This document shows, piece by piece, positions 46,834 to 57,451 of a stretch of DNA of 64,000 nt. Within the stretch, counting starts at the first letter, position 1. Every line of letters begins with the position of its first letter. The position numbers were made by a program, and so were the translations under genes. The DNA lies in assembly GCA_037446835.1 (NCBI GenBank), contig JBBIHV010000004.1:832-64831 (forward strand), given 5' to 3'. This stretch comes from Sunxiuqinia sp. (GTDB taxonomy: Bacteria; Bacteroidota; Bacteroidia; Bacteroidales; Prolixibacteraceae). A model generated the notes under the pieces. That model was not told the DNA's origin. It saw nothing but the letters and a program-made list of their open reading frames with translations, and did no database searches.

Positions 46834-47526
46834 TTAATACTTGTATTCGCCGGTGAATTCAAAGCATGACCCATCGAAATCTTTGGCAGTTACTTTAAAT
46901 GGTGTGCTGTGCTTACCTTCTACTTTGAGCGAATTCAGCTTAAAAGTTACGATCGCCGAAAGCGGAAGGGCTTCGGAATCACCGTTTTCGTTATGCCTGA
47001 GTTCCAGGACCACCGGGCCGTTCTCGGTATTTATTGCTCCCGGTTGCTTCACCAGGTTTATAAAATGAATTTTGTTCCCGCCCTGAAATTTCAGCTCAAA
47101 GTTCAGCATATCATTCTTGATCCATATATCCTGAACATGAATTGGATCATTTCCGATGCTGTCTTCCATTGCTGGCGTAATATCCAGAATGTCTTTGAAC
47201 AAAATCTTCCGGAGTGAATTAATACGAACGTTGTACTGTTCCTGGGTCCCGGTATTCGATTTATTTCCTAAAATGGTAAAATTGGCCAGCACGCGCTCAT
47301 TGTTTTCCACCTGATCAAGTAAATCGGGATATATCTCCGGAAATAAAACCGAGCCATCGTCGAGGTTAATCGAGAAAGTTTGTGCAACCGAATCTTTTTG
47401 AACGATCCCGATCCCAACCCAGAAATTGTCATAGTAATATCCATCATCTTTCATTTTACAGCCAGTAAAAAAGCCGAGAATGATACCCATCATCAAAAAA
47501 AAGGTAAGTTTTTTCATTGCTTTCAT
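46834..47526 (-). CDS. NigD-like lipoprotein
   Basis: Lipobox TGC; LDDG, RVLANF, GNDPI, LELRH. Confidence 0.8.
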   Translation of the reverse strand: MKAMKKLTFFLMMGIILGFFTGCKMKDDGYYYDNFWVGIGIVQKDSVAQTFSINLDDGSVLFPEIYPDLLDQVENNERVLANFTILGNKSNTGTQEQYNVRINSLRKILFKDILDITPAMEDSIGNDPIHVQDIWIKNDMLNFELKFQGGNKIHFINLVKQPGAINTENGPVVLELRHNENGDSEALPLSAIVTFKLNSLKVEGKHSTPFKVTAKDFDGSCFEFTGEYKY

Positions 47527-47803
47527 GTTTTAAAATTGTTTTCGTTTTTCAAACTGACAGCCAACTTTTCAAAAAATAACAAGTCGATCAACCAGCCTGT
47601 GTGCTTTCCATTTTCAAATTTTCTTGTTTTTATAGATTCAGGAAATCGCTCTTGGGTTGCGTGCGAAATTTTTTTTAAAAGAATTTTACGATTTCGGGTT
47701 TTGGCATAACAATTGACAGTTCATATCTATATATTTACATACGTTTGATCAAAATGTTCAGACAGAAGATATGAAACAGTAAATCACAATTTTTTAATCA
47801 GTT

Positions 47804-48307
47804 ATGAGAAAATTATTTTTAACAGTGGCCGCTGCAACCTTAATCCTTTCTGCTTGTGGCAACCAAACACAGGCAGGAAAAGAAAATTCAGCTAATAATA
47901 CTTCTACTGCCGGGGCACGTGTTTCAGAGGGTTCTGAAAGACTAACCAAAGCAGTTTTTATTCAGAAAGTTTGGGATTATACCAAGTCGCCAAACGACTG
48001 GAAATTCCTTGGGAACAAGCCTGCGATTATTGATTTTTATGCCGATTGGTGTGGCCCATGCAAAATTGCCAGCCCAATCCTCGACGAAATTGGCAGCGAA
48101 TATGCCGGCAAACTCGTGGTTTATAAAGTCAACACCGATCAGGAACAAGAATTGGCACAAGTTTTTGGAATTTCAGGAATTCCGGCCTTCCTCTACATTC
48201 CGGTCTCCGGAAAACCTGTCATGATGTCAGGAATTGCACAATCGAAAGAAGAAACGAAAAAGATGTTTATCGACAACATCGAAAAATATCTTTCTGTAAA
48301 GAAATAG
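47804..48307 (+). CDS. Thioredoxin, lipoprotein-anchored
   Basis: Lipobox SAC; DFYADWCGPC; GIP. Confidence 0.92.
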   Translation: MRKLFLTVAAATLILSACGNQTQAGKENSANNTSTAGARVSEGSERLTKAVFIQKVWDYTKSPNDWKFLGNKPAIIDFYADWCGPCKIASPILDEIGSEYAGKLVVYKVNTDQEQELAQVFGISGIPAFLYIPVSGKPVMMSGIAQSKEETKKMFIDNIEKYLSVKK

Positions 48308-48354
48308 AAATGGCAAAGCAATGAGGATTTTCACGACGGAATTGCCATAAACAG

Positions 48355-48382
48355 AAAACCCCGAAATTTCTTTCGGGGTTTT
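48355..48382. terminator. Bidirectional terminator trx / pfp
   Basis: AAAACCCCGAAA / TTTCGGGGTTTT. Confidence 0.8.
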
Positions 48383-48406
48383 TTATTGATTTGGGTTGAC
48401 TGATTT

Positions 48407-50065
48407 CTATTTTGCCCTTTCCAGCGAAATGGTTTTGGTTGGCTGGTCGCAAACTTCGGTTGGCCCCCAGTATTGAATGGGTCCAGGATAAACGAATGAA
48501 GTTTCGATGGCCCATTTTTCGCGGTTCGCTGCCAAAAATTTGAAAGGTGCACCGTCCAATTCAACCAAAGCTTTCTGAATCACAGGTTTCATGTGGCCAT
48601 GACGACGTTCCATATTCATCATCATGGTAACCGGAACTCCACCTGCAATCCATTCCGAGGCCGGAGCCGTCAGGTTGCGAACAGACGACATATAGCCAGT
48701 TTTCCCTTCAGCGATCAGGAACGATGAATTGTATCCCAGTGAATAACAATAGTCAGCGTCAAAGTTCGAAGGGGCGGCACAGCGGCCTTCATATCCAAAG
48801 AAATGGTATTGTGTTCCAAACTTACCGGTGAACTGGCCGGTTTTCTTCATTTCTTTCAAACGGCTTTTTACCATCTCTCCCAGTAATTTCTCAGTTTCGA
48901 TGAGCGATACCTGTACATTTCCGTGCGGATCGCGGTCGAGTGTCAACTGATCGGCAATTCCAGATGGAAGCGAAGTGTAAACTTTAGCCGACTCTGACGA
49001 TAATATTCCGGCCACAAAAGCGCGTCCTTCGGCTTTATCGGTAAACGATTTAAATTTCTTTTCTGTTTCCGAGCCTTCGGCCAGCAAGTCGTTCAGTTCA
49101 GAAATCAGGTTTTTCATTTCAGGAACAAATTCGACCAAGCCTTCCGGAATGAGAGCCACTCCAAAATTGTCGCCGTTGGCGGCACGTTTGGCAACAATGT
49201 CGGCCATGTAATTAACAATTTCGCCCAAAGTCTGCTTTTTCATCTCAACTTCTTCCGAAATGAGGGTAATGTTTGGCTGAGTTTGCAGCGCACATTCCAA
49301 TCCGATGTGCGAGGCAGAACGCCCCATCAGTTTAATAAAGTGCCAGTATTTTTTGGCTGAATTGGCATCGCGCTGGATGTTTCCGATTAATTCGGAATAC
49401 ACTTTTGTAGCGGTATCGAAACCAAAAGAAGTTTCGATCATATCGTTTTTCAGGTCACCGTCAATGGTTTTGGGGCAACCAATAACCTGGATTCCTGAAT
49501 TCTTTGCGGCATAATATTCAGCCAGAACGCAGGCATTGGTGTTGCTATCGTCGCCCCCGATAATAATTAAGGCCTGAATGTTTAACTTTTTCAGGATTTC
49601 AGCCCCTTTGTCGAACTGGCTGGTTTCCTCCAGTTTGGTACGGCCCGATCCGATAATGTCAAAACCACCGGTATTGCGGTATTCATCCACAATTCCGGCA
49701 GTCAGTTCCACATATTTATGATCGACCAAACCACCGGGACCACCCCGGAAGCCGTACAATTTGCTGTCAGGATTAATATTCTTTATACCATCGAAAATAC
49801 CGGAAATCACATTATGACCGCCGGGAGCCTGTCCGCCCGAAAGAATAACACCAACATTAACAGCAGGATACGCTTTTTTCTGGCTGCTTGCCTCAAATGA
49901 AATCATGGGCATGCCATAGGTATTTGGAAAAAGTTTCTCAATTTCAGTCTGATCGGCAACCGATTGGGTCTTCTCACCTTCGACCAGTTTAACCGACGAT
50001 TTCAATGAATTAGGAAGCTTCGGCTGATATTTAGCCCTTTCTGATTGCAATGCACTAATGGTCAT
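48407..50065 (-). CDS. pfp: Pyrophosphate-dependent phosphofructokinase
   Basis: SGGQAPGG, GGDDS, PKTIDGD, MGR, GYEGR. Confidence 0.96.
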   Translation of the reverse strand: MTISALQSERAKYQPKLPNSLKSSVKLVEGEKTQSVADQTEIEKLFPNTYGMPMISFEASSQKKAYPAVNVGVILSGGQAPGGHNVISGIFDGIKNINPDSKLYGFRGGPGGLVDHKYVELTAGIVDEYRNTGGFDIIGSGRTKLEETSQFDKGAEILKKLNIQALIIIGGDDSNTNACVLAEYYAAKNSGIQVIGCPKTIDGDLKNDMIETSFGFDTATKVYSELIGNIQRDANSAKKYWHFIKLMGRSASHIGLECALQTQPNITLISEEVEMKKQTLGEIVNYMADIVAKRAANGDNFGVALIPEGLVEFVPEMKNLISELNDLLAEGSETEKKFKSFTDKAEGRAFVAGILSSESAKVYTSLPSGIADQLTLDRDPHGNVQVSLIETEKLLGEMVKSRLKEMKKTGQFTGKFGTQYHFFGYEGRCAAPSNFDADYCYSLGYNSSFLIAEGKTGYMSSVRNLTAPASEWIAGGVPVTMMMNMERRHGHMKPVIQKALVELDGAPFKFLAANREKWAIETSFVYPGPIQYWGPTEVCDQPTKTISLERAK

Positions 50066-50257
50066 AGTATAATTTTTTTGATAGGTTTTTAATTAAAAGC
50101 GCCGCAAAATTAATCTAAAACCATTGGTTTTAACTCCCGAATTGAGGTGCATCGGCCTAATTTAAAGTAAATTTAAAAACGAACGGTTATCCGATCGGAA
50201 AATTAGCGTCATTACCAACGCTGCTGGCTTTTCCTTTGTAAAATTCGCTGTATTTGA

Positions 50258-50309
50258 TACAATGTCGGTTAGATTAGCCGCCAACAGGGCAAATCCAAAC
50301 GACATTGTA
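50258..50309. repeat. Long intergenic hairpin between the Arc-like gene and pfp
   Basis: TACAATGTCG / CGACATTGTA perfect 10 bp, with inner TTAGATT/AATCCAA pairing. Confidence 0.5.
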
Positions 50310-50341
50310 CCAGGATATTATTATTCCATAAATATTGAATT

Positions 50342-50530
50342 TCATTCACTTTGAACTTCCGGATCTTCAGGTGCCGTTTTTTCAATCGTTCGCCGGGCAT
50401 CACGGAGTGCCTTGTTGATGAGCCATTCAATTTGTCCGTTGGCACTACGGAATTCCTGCGCAGCCCATTTCTCGATGGCATCATACACAGCAGGCTCAAT
50501 CCGCAATACAAATGATTTTTTCTTAGCCAT
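50342..50530 (-). CDS. Arc/ribbon-helix-helix DNA-binding protein
   Basis: KKKSFVLRI...WAAQEFRSANGQIEWL; ATG 50530. Confidence 0.85.
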   Translation of the reverse strand: MAKKKSFVLRIEPAVYDAIEKWAAQEFRSANGQIEWLINKALRDARRTIEKTAPEDPEVQSE

Positions 50531-50606
50531 AATTTTCACCCTCTTGTTTTTCCATGCCGATCATCCTGAAATTATACCCGAATCAAGGGAAACGAAAAAT
50601 TAAAAC

Positions 50607-51545
50607 CTATTTGGCAACGATAAAACTACTAATCGCTTCAACTAACTTCTGATTCAAAGGAAGATCAGGCTGGTTATAGGATTGAATGTTTTTTGTCCGG
50701 TCGTCACCAACATCTTTGAGAACATGGTTCATTCCTTCAATAACTACCAGTTTTGCATCGGGTTTTGCGGCCTGAAGGCGGTCGGCATCATCCACACTAA
50801 CCTGAAGATCGGAAGTTCCCTGAACAATTAAAACGGGCTTCTTTAACTTGGCAATTTCAATTTTCGGATCATATTTAAACCATGAAATCAGGTAGGGTTG
50901 TACACTTGGACGGAACAAGGAGTAAAGCATTGGATTGACTTTGGCAACTGTTTTGCCAACAACAAGTGAATCCAGAATTGGGTTGGTTTGTTCAAGTATA
51001 GCTTGCGGCTGTGCTTTCAACTGTTCCCTGATGATTTTATCCCCAGACTCACCGGCGCCGGCAATGGAAACAAATTTATCTACTTCGTCGTCCAGCGAAG
51101 CGACCATGCCAATGAGCGAACCTTCGCTGTGCCCAATAATCACAACCTGACTAAAGTTCGGATTCTCCCTCAGTAGGTGGGCCCAGCCAACGGCATCTTT
51201 GATATACATTTCAAACCGTAATTCTGATTCGGATAAACCGGCAGCCTGGCTTTTGTCAATGCCCCGTTTATCGTATCTTAACGAGGCAATCCCTTTCACA
51301 GCCAATGCCCCGGCCAACATTTTCAGCGAATTGTTTGTCATTATCGCATTGTTTCCATTGCGGTCGGTTGGGCCCGAACCGGCAATAATTAGCGCCACCG
51401 GGACCGGCAATTTTGCATCCGGCATGGTTAAGGTTCCTTCGAGGTTCCCCGTTGCCGTTTTCAGAATAACTGTTTCCTCTTTCTGGCCAAATACCAGTGT
51501 TGAAACAAACACACCAACAACAAAAGCTACTACTTGTATTTTCAT
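50607..51545 (-). CDS. Alpha/beta hydrolase, exported
   Basis: IIAGSGPTDRNGN, GHSEG, QGTSD, MNH. Confidence 0.9.
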   Translation of the reverse strand: MKIQVVAFVVGVFVSTLVFGQKEETVILKTATGNLEGTLTMPDAKLPVPVALIIAGSGPTDRNGNNAIMTNNSLKMLAGALAVKGIASLRYDKRGIDKSQAAGLSESELRFEMYIKDAVGWAHLLRENPNFSQVVIIGHSEGSLIGMVASLDDEVDKFVSIAGAGESGDKIIREQLKAQPQAILEQTNPILDSLVVGKTVAKVNPMLYSLFRPSVQPYLISWFKYDPKIEIAKLKKPVLIVQGTSDLQVSVDDADRLQAAKPDAKLVVIEGMNHVLKDVGDDRTKNIQSYNQPDLPLNQKLVEAISSFIVAK

Positions 51546-51547
51546 AA

Positions 51548-52090
51548 TTAATTTGTAAAATTTTTTGGGTTGTTTTGTTTTATCATTTCATCCATTGCGT
51601 AAAGAATTGCTTGCGAACGTTGGGTACTGAACAATACTTTTTTACCATTGGTCAGGTAAAGTTGAAGGCCCATGTTTCCGCCGATAATGTATCCACGTCC
51701 CCATTTTCGGCCAAATCCCCGGCGAAGGCCCCAGCCACCGTAATCAAGAATCGCACTGTATTTTCGAATTTCGTAGCGTTGAATTTCAGCTTTCGAAATT
51801 AACTTATTCCCAAAAGTAATCGGGAAAAACCGGTAATGTACACCGTCCTGATCGATCCAAACCTCAAGTTTCATGACTAACGATCCCCATAAAGTAACCG
51901 CCATAGTGATTATCAGCAAAACCAAAGCCCAGTTTGGCGCTGGATTGTCGCCTATTTCAACACCCTTGAATGTTTGCTCGTACAAGGCGTAGAAAAAGAA
52001 AATTAGCAGGGGAATATGTGTACCCAGAATCAGGATAAGGGTCCAGCCCTGAGTAAACGATTGAGTTTCTTTAAACAAAACTTTTTTCAT
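51548..52090 (-). CDS. Hypothetical membrane protein (two TMs plus PH-like C-terminal region)
   Basis: LFKETQSF, two TM helices, YGGWG motif. Confidence 0.7.
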   Translation of the reverse strand: MKKVLFKETQSFTQGWTLILILGTHIPLLIFFFYALYEQTFKGVEIGDNPAPNWALVLLIITMAVTLWGSLVMKLEVWIDQDGVHYRFFPITFGNKLISKAEIQRYEIRKYSAILDYGGWGLRRGFGRKWGRGYIIGGNMGLQLYLTNGKKVLFSTQRSQAILYAMDEMIKQNNPKNFTN

Positions 52091-52094
52091 GTTT

Positions 52095-52943
52095 TTACTG
52101 ATAAAGTGTCCCGGTATTCACAACCGGAGTTGCTTCTTTGTCGCCACACAATACAACCAGTAAGTTACTCACCATGGTTGCCTTTTTGTCTTCGTCAAGG
52201 TTTACAATTTCGCGCTTACTTAATTCCGACAAAGCCATTTCAACCATGCTCACTGCACCTTCAACAATTTTAAAGCGGGCTGCGACAATGGCGGTAGCCT
52301 GTTGGCGTTTCAACATGGCCTGGGCAATTTCCTGCGCATAAGCAATGTAGTTGATGCGGGCTTCAATCACATGGATTCCGGCAATATCCAATCGTTCACG
52401 AATTTCGTTTTCAAGCATTTGGTTTACTTCTTCACCGCCATCGCGCAAAGTAATTTTAGCATGATCGTCTTCAATGTTGTCATACGGATATAAACCGGCA
52501 AGTTTCCTTAGAGCAGCCTCGCTCTGAACAATCACAAAATGTTCGTATTCATCAACACCAAAAGCTGCGCGGTAAGTCTCTTCAACTTTCCATACCAGCA
52601 CAAGGCCGATCATAATCGGATTACCAAGTTTATCGTTCACTTTAATCGGTTCGCTATTGAAGTTTCGGGCCCGAAGTGAAAATTTCTTTTTAACGAAAAA
52701 CGGATTCACCCAAAAGAAGCCATTATCCTTCAGTGTTCCTTTGTAAGCGCCAAACAAAACCAAAACGTAACACTGATTCGGATCGACTGCGGTAAAACCG
52801 GGTGCCAGAAGCACAAAGAAAAAGATCAGGACAACAGAAGGAACAATTATTTCAGAAACAAACCCGGCAATTGCCAGTGCAAGAATTACAAATTCGATCA
52901 CCAGGAACAAATATCCGGAACGGGCACTAAATGACTTTTCCAT
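52095..52943 (-). CDS. SPFH (band 7) domain membrane protein
   Basis: FGAYKGT, KVNDKLGNPI, YAQEIAQAMLKRQQA, IVEGAVSMV, SNLLVVLC. Confidence 0.93.
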   Translation of the reverse strand: MEKSFSARSGYLFLVIEFVILALAIAGFVSEIIVPSVVLIFFFVLLAPGFTAVDPNQCYVLVLFGAYKGTLKDNGFFWVNPFFVKKKFSLRARNFNSEPIKVNDKLGNPIMIGLVLVWKVEETYRAAFGVDEYEHFVIVQSEAALRKLAGLYPYDNIEDDHAKITLRDGGEEVNQMLENEIRERLDIAGIHVIEARINYIAYAQEIAQAMLKRQQATAIVAARFKIVEGAVSMVEMALSELSKREIVNLDEDKKATMVSNLLVVLCGDKEATPVVNTGTLYQ

Positions 52944-52994
52944 ACTATCAGATTTAAATTGTTTTGATACTATATTAATATCACAAATGTAAAT

Positions 52995-53023
52995 AAAAAA
53001 AGCATCTGTGCAAGATGCTTTTT
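52995..53023 (-). terminator. Terminator downstream of the sigma operon
   Basis: AAAAAGCATCT / AGATGCTTTTT. Confidence 0.7.
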
Positions 53024-53038
53024 AATACTTTTTTGGTT

Positions 53039-53266
53039 TTAGTTCAGATTCAATTCAATTGTTCCGGTATTTTCAGATTTCAGTACTTCAAACTGGGAGG
53101 CAAAATTAAATATGGCATCCAGGCTTTTCTGTGAAGGTTCAAATCCATCTTCGGAACAATTCATGTCTTGATTTAAATCAGCATCAGATATCTGAAGAAA
53201 ATCAAGTTCTTTTTTTCCGGAATAGTATGAATTGATCAGGAAATTTAAGGTAGAGAATCTACTCAT
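53039..53266 (-). CDS. Small hypothetical protein downstream of ECF sigma
   Basis: 75 aa ORF co-oriented with the sigma gene, ending FEVLKS...ELNLN. Confidence 0.6.
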   Translation of the reverse strand: MSRFSTLNFLINSYYSGKKELDFLQISDADLNQDMNCSEDGFEPSQKSLDAIFNFASQFEVLKSENTGTIELNLN

Positions 53267-53329
53267 AGGCGTAAATTAATTTAATTTTAAGTATAACGCC
53301 TTCTGAGTAATAATATTGTAATCCGAACA

Positions 53330-53923
53330 TTAATTTTTAGTCATGCTCAGGTTTTTTTTCTCGATTAGTTTTCTCAGGTTAATCAAGGCATAGCGCATAC
53401 GGCCCAAAGCCGTATTAATGCTAACATCGGTCAACTCAGCGATCTCCTTGAAACTAAGGCCTTGAAAATGGCGCATCATAATAACCTGACGCTGATCGTC
53501 GGGCAATTCCTTAATCAAAAGGTGCACGTCGCTGTTAATTTGTTCGCAAACCAGCCTGTCTTCGATGTTCTCTTCCGAAAATTTCGGTGAATTAAAAAGA
53601 TCAATACTGACATCGTCGTTCGAGGTTGTGCTGAGCAGTTTTTCTTTCCTGAAATGATCAATGATCAGGTTGTGCGAAATACGCAGCACCCAGGAAATAA
53701 ATTTACCGTTTTCGGTATATTTCCCTGTTTTCAGCGACCGGATAACTTTAATAAAGGTATCCTGAAAAATGTCTTCAGCGAGATGATGATTTTTTACGAT
53801 CAGTAAAATGTAGGTAAAAACTCTCTTTTTATGGCGGGCAATAAGAATCTCAATCGCAGCCTGATCGCCATCAACAAATTGTTTTACGAGCGCATTGTCG
53901 CTCAGATCTTCTGTTCTGAACAT
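53330..53923 (-). CDS. ECF sigma-70 factor (RpoE-like)
   Basis: AEDIFQDTFIK, WVLRISHNLIIDHFR, SFKEIAE...SINTALGRMRYA. Confidence 0.93.
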   Translation of the reverse strand: MFRTEDLSDNALVKQFVDGDQAAIEILIARHKKRVFTYILLIVKNHHLAEDIFQDTFIKVIRSLKTGKYTENGKFISWVLRISHNLIIDHFRKEKLLSTTSNDDVSIDLFNSPKFSEENIEDRLVCEQINSDVHLLIKELPDDQRQVIMMRHFQGLSFKEIAELTDVSINTALGRMRYALINLRKLIEKKNLSMTKN

Positions 53924-54087
53924 TACTCTGATTATTATGTGACTGTTTTCAATAATTAAAGAGTAGAGTTCCTTCGATAGGCCGGCTTTTTTGAATATGC
54001 GTTAAACAATTTGCTAATTTTGTCCGTGTAAAAATGAGTCATTTTTTTCACAAAAACAAATTTTTTTATACTTACAATAACATAACG

Positions 54088-56895
54088 ATGGATTCTTCCT
54101 TAAAAAATTCACCATACATCCAAATTAAAGGCGCCAGAGTACACAATCTTAAAAATATTGATCTCAACATAAACCGGAATAAGTTCGTTGTAATCAGTGG
54201 GTTATCCGGATCAGGAAAGTCTTCGCTGGCCTTCGATACACTTTACGCCGAAGGACAACGAAGGTATGTTGAAAGTTTGTCGTCGTATGCCCGGCAATTC
54301 CTGGGCCGGATCAATAAGCCTGAAGTTGACTACATTAAAGGAATCCCGCCTGCAATTGCCATCGAGCAAAAGGTAAATACCCGTAATCCGCGCTCTACCG
54401 TTGGAACTTCAACCGAAATTTACGATTACCTGAAGTTGCTTTATGCACGAATTGGGCGCACCATTTCTCCGGTTTCAGGAAAAGAAGTGAAGCAACATCA
54501 TGTTAGCGACGTAATTAATTTCATCCAATCGTTTCCTGAAAACACCCGGATCCTGATTGGTTCGCCCCTGAAAGTCAAAAATGGAAGGACGCTGATTCAG
54601 GAAGCGGAACTGTTGCTGCAACAAGGTTTTACCCGACTTGAAATTAATAAAGAGATTGTAAAAATTGATGAACTCCTGAAAGAAAACAAGGCAATCTCTT
54701 ACAACGATGCAGGTTGCAACATCGTGATTGACCGGGCAACCGTTCTGGATGACGAAGATAATCTCAGCCGGATTGCTGATTCGGTACAAACGGCATTTTT
54801 TGAAGGTCACGGCGAGTGCCTGGTAGAAGTGTATGTCGGCAATGAAATCAGGGAAGAGCATTTTTCAAATCTGTTTGAGGCCGATGGCATTGAATTCGAG
54901 GAACCTTCGGTGCACATGTTCAGTTTTAACAACCCGGTTGGCGCCTGTAAAACCTGCGAAGGATATGGTAAAGTAATCGGTATCGACGAAGATCTGGTCA
55001 TTCCGAACAAATCGCTGTCGGTTTATCAGGATGCCATAGCCTGCTGGAAAGGCGATAAAATGAAAGAATGGAAAGACGAACTGGTTTACGCGGCCGAAAA
55101 ATTCAACTTCCCGATTCACAAGCCTTATTACGAGCTGACCGAAGATCAACGTCACTTGCTTTGGACCGGAAATAAATATTTTCAGGGCTTGAACCAGTTT
55201 TTCAAAATGCTGGAGGAAAATACCTACAAAATCCAGTACCGGGTGATGCTTTCGAGGTACCGCGGCAAAACCAACTGTCCCGACTGCCTGGGAACGCGCC
55301 TGAAAAAAGAAGCCATGTACGTGAAGGTTTCCGGAAAATCGGTACAGGATCTGGTGCTGCTTCCGATTAACGAACTTCAGGAATTTTTCCTGAAATTGAA
55401 ATTGACTGACCACGAAACCAAAATTGCTGAACGGATATTGACCGAAATAAACAACCGGCTCGAATTTCTGAACGATGTCGGATTGGGCTACCTGACTTTA
55501 AACCGGCTTTCATCCACCTTGTCAGGCGGCGAATCACAGCGCATCAACCTGGCAACATCGCTCGGAAGTAGCCTGGTTGGCTCCATGTACATTTTAGACG
55601 AACCCAGTATCGGACTTCATTCCAGGGACACGGCACGGCTGATCCGTGTTTTACGCAAGCTTCAGAAACTGGGAAATTCGGTACTGGTTGTTGAGCACGA
55701 CGAAGAAATTATCCGGGCTTCCGACGAGATTATCGACATTGGCCCGCTGGCCGGACGTTTGGGAGGCGAAGTGGTTTTTCAGGGAACCCATGAACAACTC
55801 GAATCCTCGTCGGAAAGCCTGACGGCCAAATACCTCACGGGAAGGGAAAAAATTTCGGTTCCGGCATCGCGTCGCAAATGGAGCAATTACATTGAAATTA
55901 CAGGTGCCCGCGAAAATAACCTGAAAAATGTGAGTGTAAAATTCCCGCTCAATACCATTTGTGTGGTTACCGGGGTGAGTGGCTCCGGAAAATCGTCGCT
56001 GGTTACCAAGGTTCTGTACCCGGCACTGGCCAAAATGTTTGGCGGGTTCAGCGAAAAAACCGGGCAACACGACCAGATTCGCGGTGATTTCAACCTGATC
56101 ACTTCAATCGAATTTGTTGATCAGAACCCAATCGGGAAATCCTCGCGTTCAAATCCGGTAACTTACCTCAAAGTTTATGACGAAATCCGCAAGCTATTCT
56201 CCGAATTGCCGGGCTCAAAATTCAACGGGTTTAAACCCTCACATTTTTCGTTCAACATTGAAGGGGGACGGTGCGAAGAATGTCAGGGCGAAGGAGAGAT
56301 AACCGTTGAGATGCAGTTCATGGCCGATATTCACCTGGTTTGCGAAAGTTGCAAAGGAAAACGGTTTAAAGATGAAATCCTTGAAATTGCCTTCGAGGGG
56401 AAAAATATTTACGACATTCTCGACCTGACTGTTAACGAGGCCATCGACTTTTTCCACAGCCACAAATCAACCTCCTCAAAAAAAATTGCAAAACTCCTGA
56501 AACCACTTCAGGATGTTGGATTGGGCTATGTCAAACTCGGACAATCGTCGAGTACACTTTCCGGCGGTGAAAGTCAGCGAATCAAGCTGGCATCGTTTCT
56601 GGCCAAGGAAAAAGGAAGTCCGTCGTTATTCATTTTCGACGAGCCAACTACCGGGCTGCATTTTCACGACATCCGGAAATTACTCGATTCATTCAACGCC
56701 CTGATCGCGCGGGGCCACAGCATCATCATCATCGAACACAACCTGGATGTCATTAAATGTGCTGATTGGGTGATTGATCTGGGACCGGAAGGTGGAAAAG
56801 ATGGTGGAAAAATCATCTTTGAAGGAAAACCTGAAGATCTGGCCACGATTCCGGAATCCTATACAGGGGCAGCCTTGAAAGAAAAATTGACTTAA
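54088..56895 (+). CDS. uvrA: Excinuclease ABC subunit A
   Basis: Two ABC modules (GLSGSGKSS, GVSGSGKSS, LSGGESQR x2), zinc-finger CxxC pairs; ATG 54088 preferred. Confidence 0.96.
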   Translation: MDSSLKNSPYIQIKGARVHNLKNIDLNINRNKFVVISGLSGSGKSSLAFDTLYAEGQRRYVESLSSYARQFLGRINKPEVDYIKGIPPAIAIEQKVNTRNPRSTVGTSTEIYDYLKLLYARIGRTISPVSGKEVKQHHVSDVINFIQSFPENTRILIGSPLKVKNGRTLIQEAELLLQQGFTRLEINKEIVKIDELLKENKAISYNDAGCNIVIDRATVLDDEDNLSRIADSVQTAFFEGHGECLVEVYVGNEIREEHFSNLFEADGIEFEEPSVHMFSFNNPVGACKTCEGYGKVIGIDEDLVIPNKSLSVYQDAIACWKGDKMKEWKDELVYAAEKFNFPIHKPYYELTEDQRHLLWTGNKYFQGLNQFFKMLEENTYKIQYRVMLSRYRGKTNCPDCLGTRLKKEAMYVKVSGKSVQDLVLLPINELQEFFLKLKLTDHETKIAERILTEINNRLEFLNDVGLGYLTLNRLSSTLSGGESQRINLATSLGSSLVGSMYILDEPSIGLHSRDTARLIRVLRKLQKLGNSVLVVEHDEEIIRASDEIIDIGPLAGRLGGEVVFQGTHEQLESSSESLTAKYLTGREKISVPASRRKWSNYIEITGARENNLKNVSVKFPLNTICVVTGVSGSGKSSLVTKVLYPALAKMFGGFSEKTGQHDQIRGDFNLITSIEFVDQNPIGKSSRSNPVTYLKVYDEIRKLFSELPGSKFNGFKPSHFSFNIEGGRCEECQGEGEITVEMQFMADIHLVCESCKGKRFKDEILEIAFEGKNIYDILDLTVNEAIDFFHSHKSTSSKKIAKLLKPLQDVGLGYVKLGQSSSTLSGGESQRIKLASFLAKEKGSPSLFIFDEPTTGLHFHDIRKLLDSFNALIARGHSIIIIEHNLDVIKCADWVIDLGPEGGKDGGKIIFEGKPEDLATIPESYTGAALKEKLT

Positions 56896-56920
56896 GAATA
56901 TTGCATAACATCGCAAAAAA

Positions 56921-56950
56921 AGGAGGCCGTAACTTTCGTTACGGCCTCCT
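56921..56950. terminator. Bidirectional terminator uvrA / rplS
   Basis: AGGAGGCCGTAAC / GTTACGGCCTCCT, perfect 13 bp stem preceded by an A-tract. Confidence 0.85.
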
Positions 56951-56969
56951 TCGCATAAAGAATATTTTC

Positions 56970-57320
56970 TTACATACGTTTTTCTTTGATTCGGGCTTTT
57001 TTGCCGGTAAGAGCACGTAAGTAATACAGTTTAGCTCTGCGTACGCTACCTTTCTTGTTCACTTCAATCAGGTCGATAAACGGTGAATAAAGCGGAAAGA
57101 TACGTTCAACACCAATGTTTCCCGACATTTTCCGAACAGTAAAAGTTTTGGTAATGCCAGTTCCTTTTGTCTGAATAACCACACCACGGTAATTCTGGAC
57201 ACGTTCCTTGTTACCTTCCTTGATTTTGTAGTGAACGGTAATGGTATCACCTGAGCTGAATTGCGGATGTTCCTTTGTTTCAGCCAGAAACGCGTTTTGT
57301 GCAACTTTAATTAAATCCAT
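56970..57320 (-). CDS. rplS: 50S ribosomal protein L19
   Basis: [30 protein letters not shown]. Confidence 0.98.
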   Translation of the reverse strand: MDLIKVAQNAFLAETKEHPQFSSGDTITVHYKIKEGNKERVQNYRGVVIQTKGTGITKTFTVRKMSGNIGVERIFPLYSPFIDLIEVNKKGSVRRAKLYYLRALTGKKARIKEKRM

Positions 57321-57451
57321 TTTTTTTAAGTTTTAGTGGCAATATTACATCAAATCAATGAGTAAGAGATTGCAGAAATGTGGCGCAAAAATAATAAAAT
57401 TATTCATTCAACAAGCAGTGCTTCTAAAAAGACTTCGTTCATTTCTGAAAA

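Noticed and set aside
54088-56895. uvrA without adjacent uvrB/uvrC
   Set aside because: uvr genes are routinely unlinked in Bacteroidota; both ABC modules are intact; ordinary.
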